IMG/VR virus record: IMGVR_UViG_3300030330_005983
Coordinates: 38,199 to 102,198 of that record
Strand: one strand, 5' to 3'
From: a virus
Taxonomy: Duplodnaviria; Caudoviricetes
DNA length: 64,000 nucleotides
Part shown: piece after piece, positions 1 through 8,908 of the stretch
Layout of the letters: each line of letters starts with the position of its first letter
Position numbering within the stretch: the first letter of the stretch is position 1
The notes under the pieces: generated by a model
The model's database searches: none
What the model was told of the DNA's origin: nothing
The model's input: the letters and a program-made list of their open reading frames with translations, nothing else
Position numbers and translations under genes: made by a program

Positions 1-564
1 TCGTCTTTATTAGACGCAGAGCGGGGTCAAGATATAGACGATTTTGATGAAGTCGTAAGGTTTAACAGGGCTCCAACAGAGGGGTGGGAAAATTATGTAG
101 GCTCAAAAACAACCCTTAGAGTCGCTAATAATCATGTGTTTGCAAACGTAAAACATAATGTGGGTGGAGATGAGGAGTGCGACGATTGGAAGCCGCAGGG
201 TCAACCTCAAAACTTTATAAGAGATTTAAAAGACCAAAAAATACTATTGCTTAACAAAGACTTTTCGGCATGGGAAGAGAAAGAAAAGCACATAGACTCA
301 AGCTCAACAGCATTTTTAGGTAATTATTTGTGCGTTGAGTCTTTTGGGGGAACTCTTTCGCCAAGTGTTGGTTACGCCTTTATAGCCTTGTGTATAATGA
401 ACGGAATCAAACCAACGTTATTTGGTTTTGGTCTTGCAGAAGAGGATAATAAAGCTAGCCATTATTGGGAGAATAAGGACAGGATTATTTCCAGCCACGG
501 ATATAAGTTGGAAAGACAAAATATTAAAAACTGGAACAAGGCAGGGAAATTGCTCATAAAATGA
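1..564 (+). CDS. GT29-family (eukaryote-type) sialyltransferase-like protein, 5'-truncated by the window edge
   Basis: Frame +1 is open from base 1: GQDIDDFDEVVRFNRAPTEGWENYVGSKTTLR resembles sialylmotif L, PSVGYAFIALCIMNGIKPTLFGF motif S, HYWE motif III and HGYKLE motif VS (HxxxxE). It overlaps the neuB start (ATGA). Confidence 0.85.
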   Translation, partial: SSLLDAERGQDIDDFDEVVRFNRAPTEGWENYVGSKTTLRVANNHVFANVKHNVGGDEECDDWKPQGQPQNFIRDLKDQKILLLNKDFSAWEEKEKHIDSSSTAFLGNYLCVESFGGTLSPSVGYAFIALCIMNGIKPTLFGFGLAEEDNKASHYWENKDRIISSHGYKLERQNIKNWNKAGKLLIK

Positions 565-2414
565 AAAACCATACAACTATCATTGCTGAGGTTGGCCTAA
601 ATCACAATGGAAGCGTAGAGATTGGAAAACGATTAGTTGATGCGGCAAAAATATCTGGAGCAGATTATGTCAAATTTCAAATGAGAGATTTGAAATCATT
701 ATATAGAAATCCAGATAATTACTACAACGAAAGCCTAGCTACGCAATACACATTAGACCTGTTGCATAAATACGATTTGAGCTTTGATGAACTTATTGAG
801 CTTTTTAATTATGCTAAAAAAGAAGGGATAGAGCCATTATGCACTCCATGGGACACTCACAGCGTTTCCGTATTAGAAGCATATGGAATATCAGCTTATA
901 AAACAGCGTCGGCTGACCTAACAAACATTGAATTACTGGAGTGTATCGCCCAAACAAACAAGCTGATGTTTTGCTCCACCGGAATGTCAACAGAGGGAGA
1001 GATTATAAAGGCCTGTCGATTACTAGATAAAATGAATGCTAACTACAAACTTATGCATTGCAATTCTACATATCCAGCCCCATACAAGGATATTCAACTT
1101 AAATATATTGAAAGATTAAGAGTCATATCCAATAAGGACGTTGGATATTCTGGGCATGAAGATGGAATACATGTGCCGATGGCTGCTGTTGCTTTGGGGG
1201 CGAACATTATAGAAAAGCATATTACCCTTGACAGGAATCAAGAAGGAAATGACCATAAGGTTAGCTTGCTTCCAGAAGAGTTTTCCGAAATGGTCAAGGG
1301 CATTCGAAATATTGAAGACGCTCTTGGCGAAGGCAAAAAAAGAAGGGTCACTCAAGGAGAGCTAATTAACAAAGACAGCTTGGCTAAAAGCATGGTAGCA
1401 AAAAAAGATATAAAATATGGCGAGGTTATTAATAGAGATTGTATTGACATCAAAAGCCCTGGAGGGGGCTTACAGCCGATTGACCTTAATGAGATTATTG
1501 GCAAAACAGCCAAAAGACATATTAAGGCTGGAGATTTTTTCCATAAATGCGATTCAAATGAACTAGAGCTTCCGCAATATTTCGACATAGACAGAACATG
1601 GGGTCTTCCTGTACGCTTTCATGATTATGATTTTTATCTAAAAAACAGCAATCCAAAACTTCTAGAGTTTCATCTTAGCTATAAAGACCTAGAGATGAAC
1701 CCTTCAGAAATTTTCAATCAAAAATATGACAAGGAAATAACTGTTCACGCGCCAGACCTTTTTGAAAACGACCACCTAATTGACCTAGCCTCTAAAGACG
1801 AAAACTACAGGGCAGAGTCGGTTAGACACATGGAAAAAGTTATATCAATATCGAAACAAATTAAACCGTTTTTCAATTGCGATAAAATTAGAATTGTTGC
1901 TAGCATCGGAGGAACCACTAGAACAGAATGGATGAGTGATTCAGAAAAAGAAGAAGGGTACGAACTTTTGGCAAAATCTTTGGAAGAGCTAAAAGATAAG
2001 GACGTTGAGTTCTTATTGCAAACCCTACCACCCTTTCCTTGGTATTTCGGCGGACAGCTACACTTAAACCTACTTGTTCTTCCAGACGAGATTGACTGGT
2101 TCTGCTCAAAATATAATTATAAATTATGCCTAGACACCTCACACTCACAGTTAGCTTCAAATTACTACAAAATAAACTACATAGATTTTATTAACAAAAT
2201 CAAAGACCATGTTGGACATATGCACTTATCTGATGCGTTTGGCCTAGATGATGAAGGTATTCAGATTGGAAAAGGGCAGATAGATTTTGCCAGACTCTTG
2301 AAAAAAATCAACAATAGCGTGTCCTTTATTCCAGAAATTTGGCAAGGACATAGAAACTTAGGCTACGATTTTTGGATAGCCTTGAGAAAGATAGAGGAAA
2401 TACTAAATGATTAA
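561..2414 (+). CDS. neuB: N-acetylneuraminate/nonulosonate synthase (NeuB + SAF domain) fused to a C-terminal xylose-isomerase/AP-endonuclease-2-like TIM barrel
   Basis: IIAEVGLNHNG, VKFQ, HCNSTYP, GYSGH, IEKHITLDR..DH, then SAF-like KSPGGGL. C-terminal metal ligands EFH, LDTSH, HLSD, PE. Confidence 0.9.
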   Translation: MKNHTTIIAEVGLNHNGSVEIGKRLVDAAKISGADYVKFQMRDLKSLYRNPDNYYNESLATQYTLDLLHKYDLSFDELIELFNYAKKEGIEPLCTPWDTHSVSVLEAYGISAYKTASADLTNIELLECIAQTNKLMFCSTGMSTEGEIIKACRLLDKMNANYKLMHCNSTYPAPYKDIQLKYIERLRVISNKDVGYSGHEDGIHVPMAAVALGANIIEKHITLDRNQEGNDHKVSLLPEEFSEMVKGIRNIEDALGEGKKRRVTQGELINKDSLAKSMVAKKDIKYGEVINRDCIDIKSPGGGLQPIDLNEIIGKTAKRHIKAGDFFHKCDSNELELPQYFDIDRTWGLPVRFHDYDFYLKNSNPKLLEFHLSYKDLEMNPSEIFNQKYDKEITVHAPDLFENDHLIDLASKDENYRAESVRHMEKVISISKQIKPFFNCDKIRIVASIGGTTRTEWMSDSEKEEGYELLAKSLEELKDKDVEFLLQTLPPFPWYFGGQLHLNLLVLPDEIDWFCSKYNYKLCLDTSHSQLASNYYKINYIDFINKIKDHVGHMHLSDAFGLDDEGIQIGKGQIDFARLLKKINNSVSFIPEIWQGHRNLGYDFWIALRKIEEILND

Positions 2415-3330
2415 AGGTCCAGTTTACCCAATTATTTTACCATTTAATAACAAAAAAGATATTGACATTCCGTCTCTTCAGAGATATATATCATATATAG
2501 TCGATGGAGGTGGAAAATATATAATGGTCGCTTCGGCAACCAGTAGGTTTTCTCAGCTATCTACCGAAGAGATTAAAACAGTAAACAAGGTAACAATAGA
2601 GTCAACCATAGAAAGCGGAGGCGTTCCAATCGCTTCTACGCCTATAAGTGGAAGCACTAAAACACACATAGAGGTTGCCCAACAAGCAGAAAGAGATGGG
2701 GCTGAAATTGTTATCTGTGAATATCCTTGGAGGTATCAAGGCTCAGGTCCTTTAATAGATTATTTTAAAGAGATAGTGAACAACACAAACCTTGACGTAA
2801 TGCTTCACGTTACACCAACCAGAAGCGAAGTAGAAACCAGCTTTGGAAAAACACATAGATATGAAATTGACGATTTGGTAGAAATATGCTCTTTACCAAG
2901 GGTCATAGGATTTAAGGAAGCTGCCGGAGACCCAGAACATTCAGAAAAAATATGGCGTGTTTTAGGTAAATCTACGAGTATTATAGTGGCGGTCGCGGCA
3001 AGCGAGACATTCTTGAAGGCTCGTCCATACGGTGCTACTGGATTTTTCACTGGAATTGAAAGCATATTTCCAAGATTTGGAAAAGAAGTTTACGATTTAA
3101 TTTTGAATGACGACAAAGAAAAGTCTTCTGAAATAGTTTCACAAATGTCTGACTTATTGCACTCATGCAAAAATTTTGGATGGCATGCTGCTTCAAAATA
3201 CTGTCTTTTTAAATTAGGCATTATGGGAATAGACGAAAGAGAGCCTATGAACCCAATAAGCGAAGAAGCTCAAAAAATATTAGACCCTAAAATTGAAACT
3301 CTAATTGATATATATGGACAATATAGTTAG
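2407..3330 (+). CDS. DapA/NanA (class I aldolase) family protein
   Basis: PIILPF...ID, a Schiff-base Lys in VIGFKEAAG and a C-terminal REPM. The canonical GTTGE is altered to SATSR. Confidence 0.75.
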   Translation: MIKGPVYPIILPFNNKKDIDIPSLQRYISYIVDGGGKYIMVASATSRFSQLSTEEIKTVNKVTIESTIESGGVPIASTPISGSTKTHIEVAQQAERDGAEIVICEYPWRYQGSGPLIDYFKEIVNNTNLDVMLHVTPTRSEVETSFGKTHRYEIDDLVEICSLPRVIGFKEAAGDPEHSEKIWRVLGKSTSIIVAVAASETFLKARPYGATGFFTGIESIFPRFGKEVYDLILNDDKEKSSEIVSQMSDLLHSCKNFGWHAASKYCLFKLGIMGIDEREPMNPISEEAQKILDPKIETLIDIYGQYS

Positions 3331-4153
3331 AAGCAAATGGGGGATACATAATCGAAGCATTGAGAAGATAAATGCTTTGTATGGAGATGTATATAATCTA
3401 GACAATAAATATATATTAAAAATAACAAATATAAATTCAAATGAAAAGCAAGGCTTAATTAATTCGTTCATGAATAAAGCTCATGAAAAAGGATTTCCGG
3501 TTCCGAGAACAACACAAACAAAAGAAGGCGGTTTATTTTTTTCAGAATCTAGAAAAACATACTCTTTGTATGATTATATTTCAGGAAATCACTATGATTT
3601 TAAAGAAGGTTCTCTAATACAGGCCGCAACAACACTTGCCCGTTTTCATGATGAGTTTGAAAAAGAATTAGAGCTTGAACAAGAGGTTGAAAAGGTTTGC
3701 GGAGACGTTTACCCCTATGACTTATCGGGTATTAAATACTATACCAGCGAGGTCAGGGAGGCGGTTAAGCTAATAGATAGGTCAGAAAGGTTTTGCGTTA
3801 GTCTTCCTAGACAGATTGGACATTTTGATTACATACCTAGCAACTTGATATTTAAAAACGGAAAAATGATAGGTTTAATAGATTTCGATATCATGCGTGT
3901 TTCTGAGAAAGCGAGGGATTTGGCCATCTCACTGCACAGGCTAACAAAAAATGAATTACAAAAAAAGCTGTTCTTAGATTCTTACGGGTCTATAAATAAT
4001 TTAACAGATGCAGAATTGCAGTCTATGAATGATTTATATTTTGATGAGATGAAAAGAAAATTAATTTATACTATCAGGAGATATAATATATCGCCTAAGC
4101 CATTTAAAGTTTTATTTGACAGGATAAAAAATGAAAAACTTGAACGAGTTTAG
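3305..4153 (+). CDS. APH/homoserine kinase type II-like phosphotransferase
   Basis: YILK, LARFH, catalytic HFDYIPSNLIF and LIDFD motifs. Likely start is 3314. Confidence 0.8.
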   Translation: MIYMDNIVRSKWGIHNRSIEKINALYGDVYNLDNKYILKITNINSNEKQGLINSFMNKAHEKGFPVPRTTQTKEGGLFFSESRKTYSLYDYISGNHYDFKEGSLIQAATTLARFHDEFEKELELEQEVEKVCGDVYPYDLSGIKYYTSEVREAVKLIDRSERFCVSLPRQIGHFDYIPSNLIFKNGKMIGLIDFDIMRVSEKARDLAISLHRLTKNELQKKLFLDSYGSINNLTDAELQSMNDLYFDEMKRKLIYTIRRYNISPKPFKVLFDRIKNEKLERV

Positions 4154-4838
4154 CTCAGAATTAAAAAAAGATGCGCAAGGTATGCACGATGACTGTAAGC
4201 TTCAGGATGATGCGTTTAGTGTATTGGTCAGGGCTGACAGACATAGGTGGATACACCAAACAAACTTTGCTGGAATTCCCGCGTTGCAACTACCTCAAGA
4301 CTTGTTTGCTATTCAGGAAATAGTTTTTAAAACTAAACCTCAAGTCATAGTAGAGCTTGGTGTTGCGTGGGGAGGAACTACAATGTTCCTTGAGTCTTTT
4401 CATCAGGGAGATATAATAGGGGTAGACCTCCAAATACCAGACCACCTAAGAGACGCAACCGCATTTAAAGGAAATATTAGGTTCCTTATAGGAGACAGCG
4501 TTTTGAGCGCAGAGGTAATTAAAAGGTTTGTTGGAGATAGAAGTTGTATGGTTGTAGTAGACTCTATGCACACACATAAACACGTTCTTGAAGAACTCAA
4601 CGCTTTTTCAGACATTGTTACCCCTGGCTGCTACATGGTTGTTTGCGACACTCTAGTTGACGACCCAAGATACCACGAAGACGGAGCGGCAAGAAATCGT
4701 CCTTGGGGACCAGGAAACAGCCCAAGAAGCGCTTTGAATCAGTTTCTTGAAGAAAATCCAGAGTTTGAAAGAGACGAGAACATAAGAAATAAACTATTGT
4801 TTTCATGCCAACCAGACGGATACATATACAAGAAATGA
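4131..4838 (+). CDS. CmcI (cephalosporin hydroxylase)-family SAM-dependent sugar O-methyltransferase-like protein
   Basis: QLPQDLFAIQE..KP..IVELGVAWGG, DSMHTHKHVLEEL, VTPGCYMVVCDT, RPWGPGNSP. Confidence 0.85.
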   Translation: MKNLNEFSSELKKDAQGMHDDCKLQDDAFSVLVRADRHRWIHQTNFAGIPALQLPQDLFAIQEIVFKTKPQVIVELGVAWGGTTMFLESFHQGDIIGVDLQIPDHLRDATAFKGNIRFLIGDSVLSAEVIKRFVGDRSCMVVVDSMHTHKHVLEELNAFSDIVTPGCYMVVCDTLVDDPRYHEDGAARNRPWGPGNSPRSALNQFLEENPEFERDENIRNKLLFSCQPDGYIYKK

Positions 4839-5833
4839 AAGACACCCTTACATTAATAGTCCCTCTTCTAGACAGGCACGAGCTTACAGACCGGTCATTG
4901 AAGTGGTTAGAGCAGCAAGAATGCGAGTGTAAAGTTATACTTGCGGACGGAAGCAAGGTTCCGTTTTCTGGCTCCTATAAGAGCCTGGATATACAGTATT
5001 TCTATAACGGCTTTGATGAAAACATAGCTCGATACATGAACAAAATGCATCGGGCTACTCAAATGGTTGAAACTCCGAGTTGCATGATATTTGATAACGA
5101 CGATGTTATTAATTTAAGCGGCATACTGAATGGGGCTTATTTTTTGAGCGAAAACGATGATTACAGCACCTATCAAAATGACGTAAGGCCACTTGAGATA
5201 TATCCAGAAATAAGCGTCAAGGATTCTTTGTACACAGGAAAATCAATAGAACAGGAACTTCCCGAAGACAGGCTGTTGAACGTTATAAGTAATTTTAACA
5301 GCTTTAACTACGCCGTTTTCAGAACCTCTATAATGAAATGCTTTTTCGAGATTATGGACGCTTTAAAAAACGATGATTTCCAATTATTTCAAAAATCTTG
5401 GGCATATACATCAGCGATTTTAGGCAAGTGCAAGAGGCTTCAAGACCAGTCTTATTACTATTTCATTCCTGGCAACAGCATATTACAAACAGGGGGCAAG
5501 GTACATAAGTTTAGCAACTGGGTTTCAACGCAATACTGGAACGAGTCCTGCCCAAAAATGGTTTCTATTATATCATGTCTTTACCGAGGTGACATAAGAG
5601 AAATATTCTTAAGAGCCTTTTTAGATGAGATTTGCAAAAAAAACAATATTGAACCGGCTAGTGAAGAATATATTGATGGAGTCATCAAAGCTTCTCACGA
5701 CTATGACGACACAGTACGAAAAGTTGTAGACAAATACTGTAAGTTATTTACGTTTGAATCGTGGCGTTTTAATGCCCAGGAATATTATCCAGTTGGACAC
5801 GCTACCTTTGTGGAGGATATTATTGATGGCTAA
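4835..5833 (+). CDS. GT-A fold (GT2-like, TIGR00180-type) glycosyltransferase
   Basis: LTLIVPLLDR, ILADGS and a DNDD motif. The ATG at 4835 overlaps the upstream stop (ATGA). Confidence 0.7.
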   Translation: MKDTLTLIVPLLDRHELTDRSLKWLEQQECECKVILADGSKVPFSGSYKSLDIQYFYNGFDENIARYMNKMHRATQMVETPSCMIFDNDDVINLSGILNGAYFLSENDDYSTYQNDVRPLEIYPEISVKDSLYTGKSIEQELPEDRLLNVISNFNSFNYAVFRTSIMKCFFEIMDALKNDDFQLFQKSWAYTSAILGKCKRLQDQSYYYFIPGNSILQTGGKVHKFSNWVSTQYWNESCPKMVSIISCLYRGDIREIFLRAFLDEICKKNNIEPASEEYIDGVIKASHDYDDTVRKVVDKYCKLFTFESWRFNAQEYYPVGHATFVEDIIDG

Positions 5834-6692
5834 ACATGTAGTTCTTGATGCTATTGCTCGTTCTGGCACAACTCTAATGAGCGCGCTTCTTAGAAGCCAA
5901 GAAAAAACAATTGCTTTCTGTCCTGGATTTAATGAGCCTCTTTCTTGTAAAAACATGGGGGAGTGGCCTCATGGAATGTGTAGAAAAGAGTTTGTTAATC
6001 GGCCTGAGTTAAGTTTAGACTTGTTTAAAAAAGAGAGTCTTTCCTATATCAACGATTACGCTCAGTATTATGGTCTTAGCAAAGATTCGTGGAGGTCTAT
6101 AATTTATGATGCGTCTAGCACAAAAGATATAAGAAAAAATATGGAAGAGGCTTTTCCTGATGTTGAAGTTTTTTGTTATAGATGGAATCAGGCTTTATGT
6201 TATTTTTACGAATGGATAGAAAAAGGCGAAGATTATCTTTGGGTTTCAATGATAAGAAACCCCCTGGATAGAGCGGTTTCTTCTATGCAAAAACATGGAT
6301 GGTCCTTTGAAGACAGCTTAAACAGCACCTTATCTTTTTGCGAAAAGTTAAAGTCGGTAAAAAATAATGAAAAATTTTATTTAATTCGATACGAGAGTCT
6401 AGCAAATTTGCCAGAGAAAGAGATGCAAGATATATACTCTTTTTTTTCGGTAAACCTCAGCTCAATAAATCTAAATGATATAAAGGGTTCCAATGGAGAG
6501 CATTTTATACCTCAAAGCTCTACAATAAAAGATACTACCACAAAAAAAGACGGGTATCTAACTGAAGCAGAAAAATTTAACGGGGTTTACACAAATCAAA
6601 TAAATAGACATCCGTTCCATGAAGACGATGATGTGTATCGGTGTTTTATGGACAGCTTGTCTGAATATGAAGAATATAAGGTATATTTTTAA
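5826..6692 (+). CDS. Sulfotransferase-family protein
   Basis: 5'-PSB-like ARSGTT, 3'-PB-like IRNPLDRAVS, and IRYESL. Confidence 0.75.
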   Translation: MAKHVVLDAIARSGTTLMSALLRSQEKTIAFCPGFNEPLSCKNMGEWPHGMCRKEFVNRPELSLDLFKKESLSYINDYAQYYGLSKDSWRSIIYDASSTKDIRKNMEEAFPDVEVFCYRWNQALCYFYEWIEKGEDYLWVSMIRNPLDRAVSSMQKHGWSFEDSLNSTLSFCEKLKSVKNNEKFYLIRYESLANLPEKEMQDIYSFFSVNLSSINLNDIKGSNGEHFIPQSSTIKDTTTKKDGYLTEAEKFNGVYTNQINRHPFHEDDDVYRCFMDSLSEYEEYKVYF

Positions 6693-7567
6693 TGAAAGAA
6701 AACTTTTTACACATAGGCTATCACAAGACAGCTACCACATGGATGCAGCAGTTCATGTTCCCGATAATATTTGAATCAAAGTATTTTGGAAAGTCTATTG
6801 AGCAAAAAAGAGACAACACCCTTTATTTAAGGGAAATGGATAACTTAAAAAACTTATTCTACAAAAATTCAAACGCTTGCTTCTCTGACGAGTTTTTCAT
6901 GAAGCCTATGCCTAGAGGAAAGTTTGACTTTGAAAAGAATATCGCTATAACAGATAGAAACAATATGCCAACGCCATCAAAAGAATTTTATATCTGCTCA
7001 GACAATCATGTAAAATCAATTTGTAATAAAATTTGCTCTAACCTTGTAGATGAGAATATTAACACCAAGGTTATTTTATCCATTAGAAATCAAACAGACA
7101 TGTTCTTTTCTATGTACTTGCACCAAGAAAGAGCGCCTCACCAAAAATGGAACAGTCCAGATATATGGGTTAAAGACTTAAACGGATTCATTTCAAAGTT
7201 TGATAGAAAATTTCTTACAAAAAAGCTTAAAAATTATTATGATTTTAATAATACATACACGCAATTAGTAAAAACTTTTGGACAAAAAAATGTGCATGTT
7301 ATAATATATGAAAACCTTTTCAAAAACACTGAAAATGAAATAAATAGGCTTTATTGTTTTATGGCAAAAGAAATGGACTTAAAAGCGTTAGAGCAAATAA
7401 AAAGCCGTGTTAGCACAAAAAAGAACGACAGTCGGAACGATTCCTATAAAAGACAAAAAAACGGAGAAGATATAAGAAAATTGTTGATGCAAGAATACAA
7501 AGATTCTAATAAAGAACTCTCTAAGCTAATAAAATTTGATTTAAGCAAATACGGATATCACCAATGA
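6692..7567 (+). CDS. Sulfotransferase-family protein
   Basis: HIGYHKTATT, IRNQ...SMY and IIYENL motifs. Confidence 0.75.
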   Translation: MKENFLHIGYHKTATTWMQQFMFPIIFESKYFGKSIEQKRDNTLYLREMDNLKNLFYKNSNACFSDEFFMKPMPRGKFDFEKNIAITDRNNMPTPSKEFYICSDNHVKSICNKICSNLVDENINTKVILSIRNQTDMFFSMYLHQERAPHQKWNSPDIWVKDLNGFISKFDRKFLTKKLKNYYDFNNTYTQLVKTFGQKNVHVIIYENLFKNTENEINRLYCFMAKEMDLKALEQIKSRVSTKKNDSRNDSYKRQKNGEDIRKLLMQEYKDSNKELSKLIKFDLSKYGYHQ

Positions 7568-8259
7568 AAAGAAGATTAGCTGTAATTCCAGCAAGAAGCG
7601 GAAGTAAAAGGTTTCCAGGAAAAAATTGGGCAAAACTAGGAGAATACCCTCTGTGGCAGTGGAGCGTTGATGTTGCCTCTGTTGCTTTTGAAACCACTGT
7701 CTTCACAACAGACTCAGAAAATCTTCTGTACGATGTTGTAAATAAAGAAGGAAGTTTTGTAGCAGGCCTACTAAGACCCAAAGAGCTGTCCTCAGACACC
7801 TCAAAGGTAATAGATACAGTAAATTGGATTTATGATATATACGACAAAAGTCCAAGTAAGCCCGACGAAATTTGGCTGCTTCTTCCAACGTGCCCATTAA
7901 GGAGTCTTAAAGACGCAGTTGATGCTCAAGACAAATTAAGCGCCAACAATGACTGCGATGGAATAATTAGCATTACGGACTATGAGTTTCCACCTCAACT
8001 TGGATTGACGCATGAGGGTGAACAGATAAGGGACTGGCATGAAAGTAAGCCTTGGCAGTCTGGAAACACTAGAAGCCAGGACCATGAAAAAATATACAGA
8101 CCAAACGGAGCGCTTTACGGAATGAAGTGGGAGGCATTTAGACAAAACAGAAATTTCTATAAAGGAAAAATATGCAGTTACTATATGCCCAGAGAGCGTT
8201 CAGTTGATATAGATAATGAAATTGACCTTAAATTAGCAGAGGCGTTAATCAATGAATAA
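7564..8259 (+). CDS. neuA: CMP-nonulosonate synthetase (acylneuraminate cytidylyltransferase)
   Basis: AVIPARSGSKRFPGKN, LLPTCPLR, PNGALY, SVDIDNEID. Confidence 0.92.
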   Translation: MKRRLAVIPARSGSKRFPGKNWAKLGEYPLWQWSVDVASVAFETTVFTTDSENLLYDVVNKEGSFVAGLLRPKELSSDTSKVIDTVNWIYDIYDKSPSKPDEIWLLLPTCPLRSLKDAVDAQDKLSANNDCDGIISITDYEFPPQLGLTHEGEQIRDWHESKPWQSGNTRSQDHEKIYRPNGALYGMKWEAFRQNRNFYKGKICSYYMPRERSVDIDNEIDLKLAEALINE

Positions 8260-8908
8260 CACAGCAGTTGACAGCGATGTTATAAAGACAATAAAAGATG
8301 TCGGCCTTTACATATATCCTGAGCTTATTGATGCAGATATTGTTAAAAGGCTGAAATCTCAAACCCTGTCTCTTCTCGATGAGCGAGGAGACAAAAACTA
8401 TAAGTTTGGAACAGCAATAAATATGGGCGGTCTAAACGAACAGGACGGGGATATTAGAAAGTTTTTTGATACTGATTACTTCAACAGTGTGGCGCGACAA
8501 TACGGCAAGAGAGAAGCTAGGGCGGTTATGGCCACGCACGACTATCAAAACGATAATGGCACAGACAGAAACGGCTTTCTTCATTTTGATAGAACGCATA
8601 CATTCAAATTCTTTTTATATTTGACTGATTGCGATGAATATAGCGGGGCGTTTAGATATGTTCCTGGTTCTAGGAAACTAGGTGAAACTTTAAGAACACA
8701 GGCAACCGTTGATGCTGGGGGAGACTATAAAACAATAGCTAACAGATTAGAGTTAGATTATTTAGATTTAAACTATACCGCAGAGGATGCAGAGCCTCTT
8801 GAGGGTAAAGCTGGAACTTTATTTGCTTTTGACACAGACACCTTTCATATGGGTGGTGTGGTACAAGATGGAAAAGAAAGGATTGTAATTAGGTCGCATT
8901 ATGTCTAA
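8252..8908 (+). CDS. PhyH-like 2OG-Fe(II) dioxygenase
   Basis: HFD (HxD), YLTD, GAFRYVPGS, FDTDTFHMG and a distal Arg. Confidence 0.8.
   Translation: MNNTAVDSDVIKTIKDVGLYIYPELIDADIVKRLKSQTLSLLDERGDKNYKFGTAINMGGLNEQDGDIRKFFDTDYFNSVARQYGKREARAVMATHDYQNDNGTDRNGFLHFDRTHTFKFFLYLTDCDEYSGAFRYVPGSRKLGETLRTQATVDAGGDYKTIANRLELDYLDLNYTAEDAEPLEGKAGTLFAFDTDTFHMGGVVQDGKERIVIRSHYV

Noticed and set aside
4131-4838. Antibiotic biosynthesis or resistance role for the CmcI-like gene and the APH-like gene at 3305..4153
   Set aside because: The family names are misleading. The context points to sugar methylation and phosphorylation.
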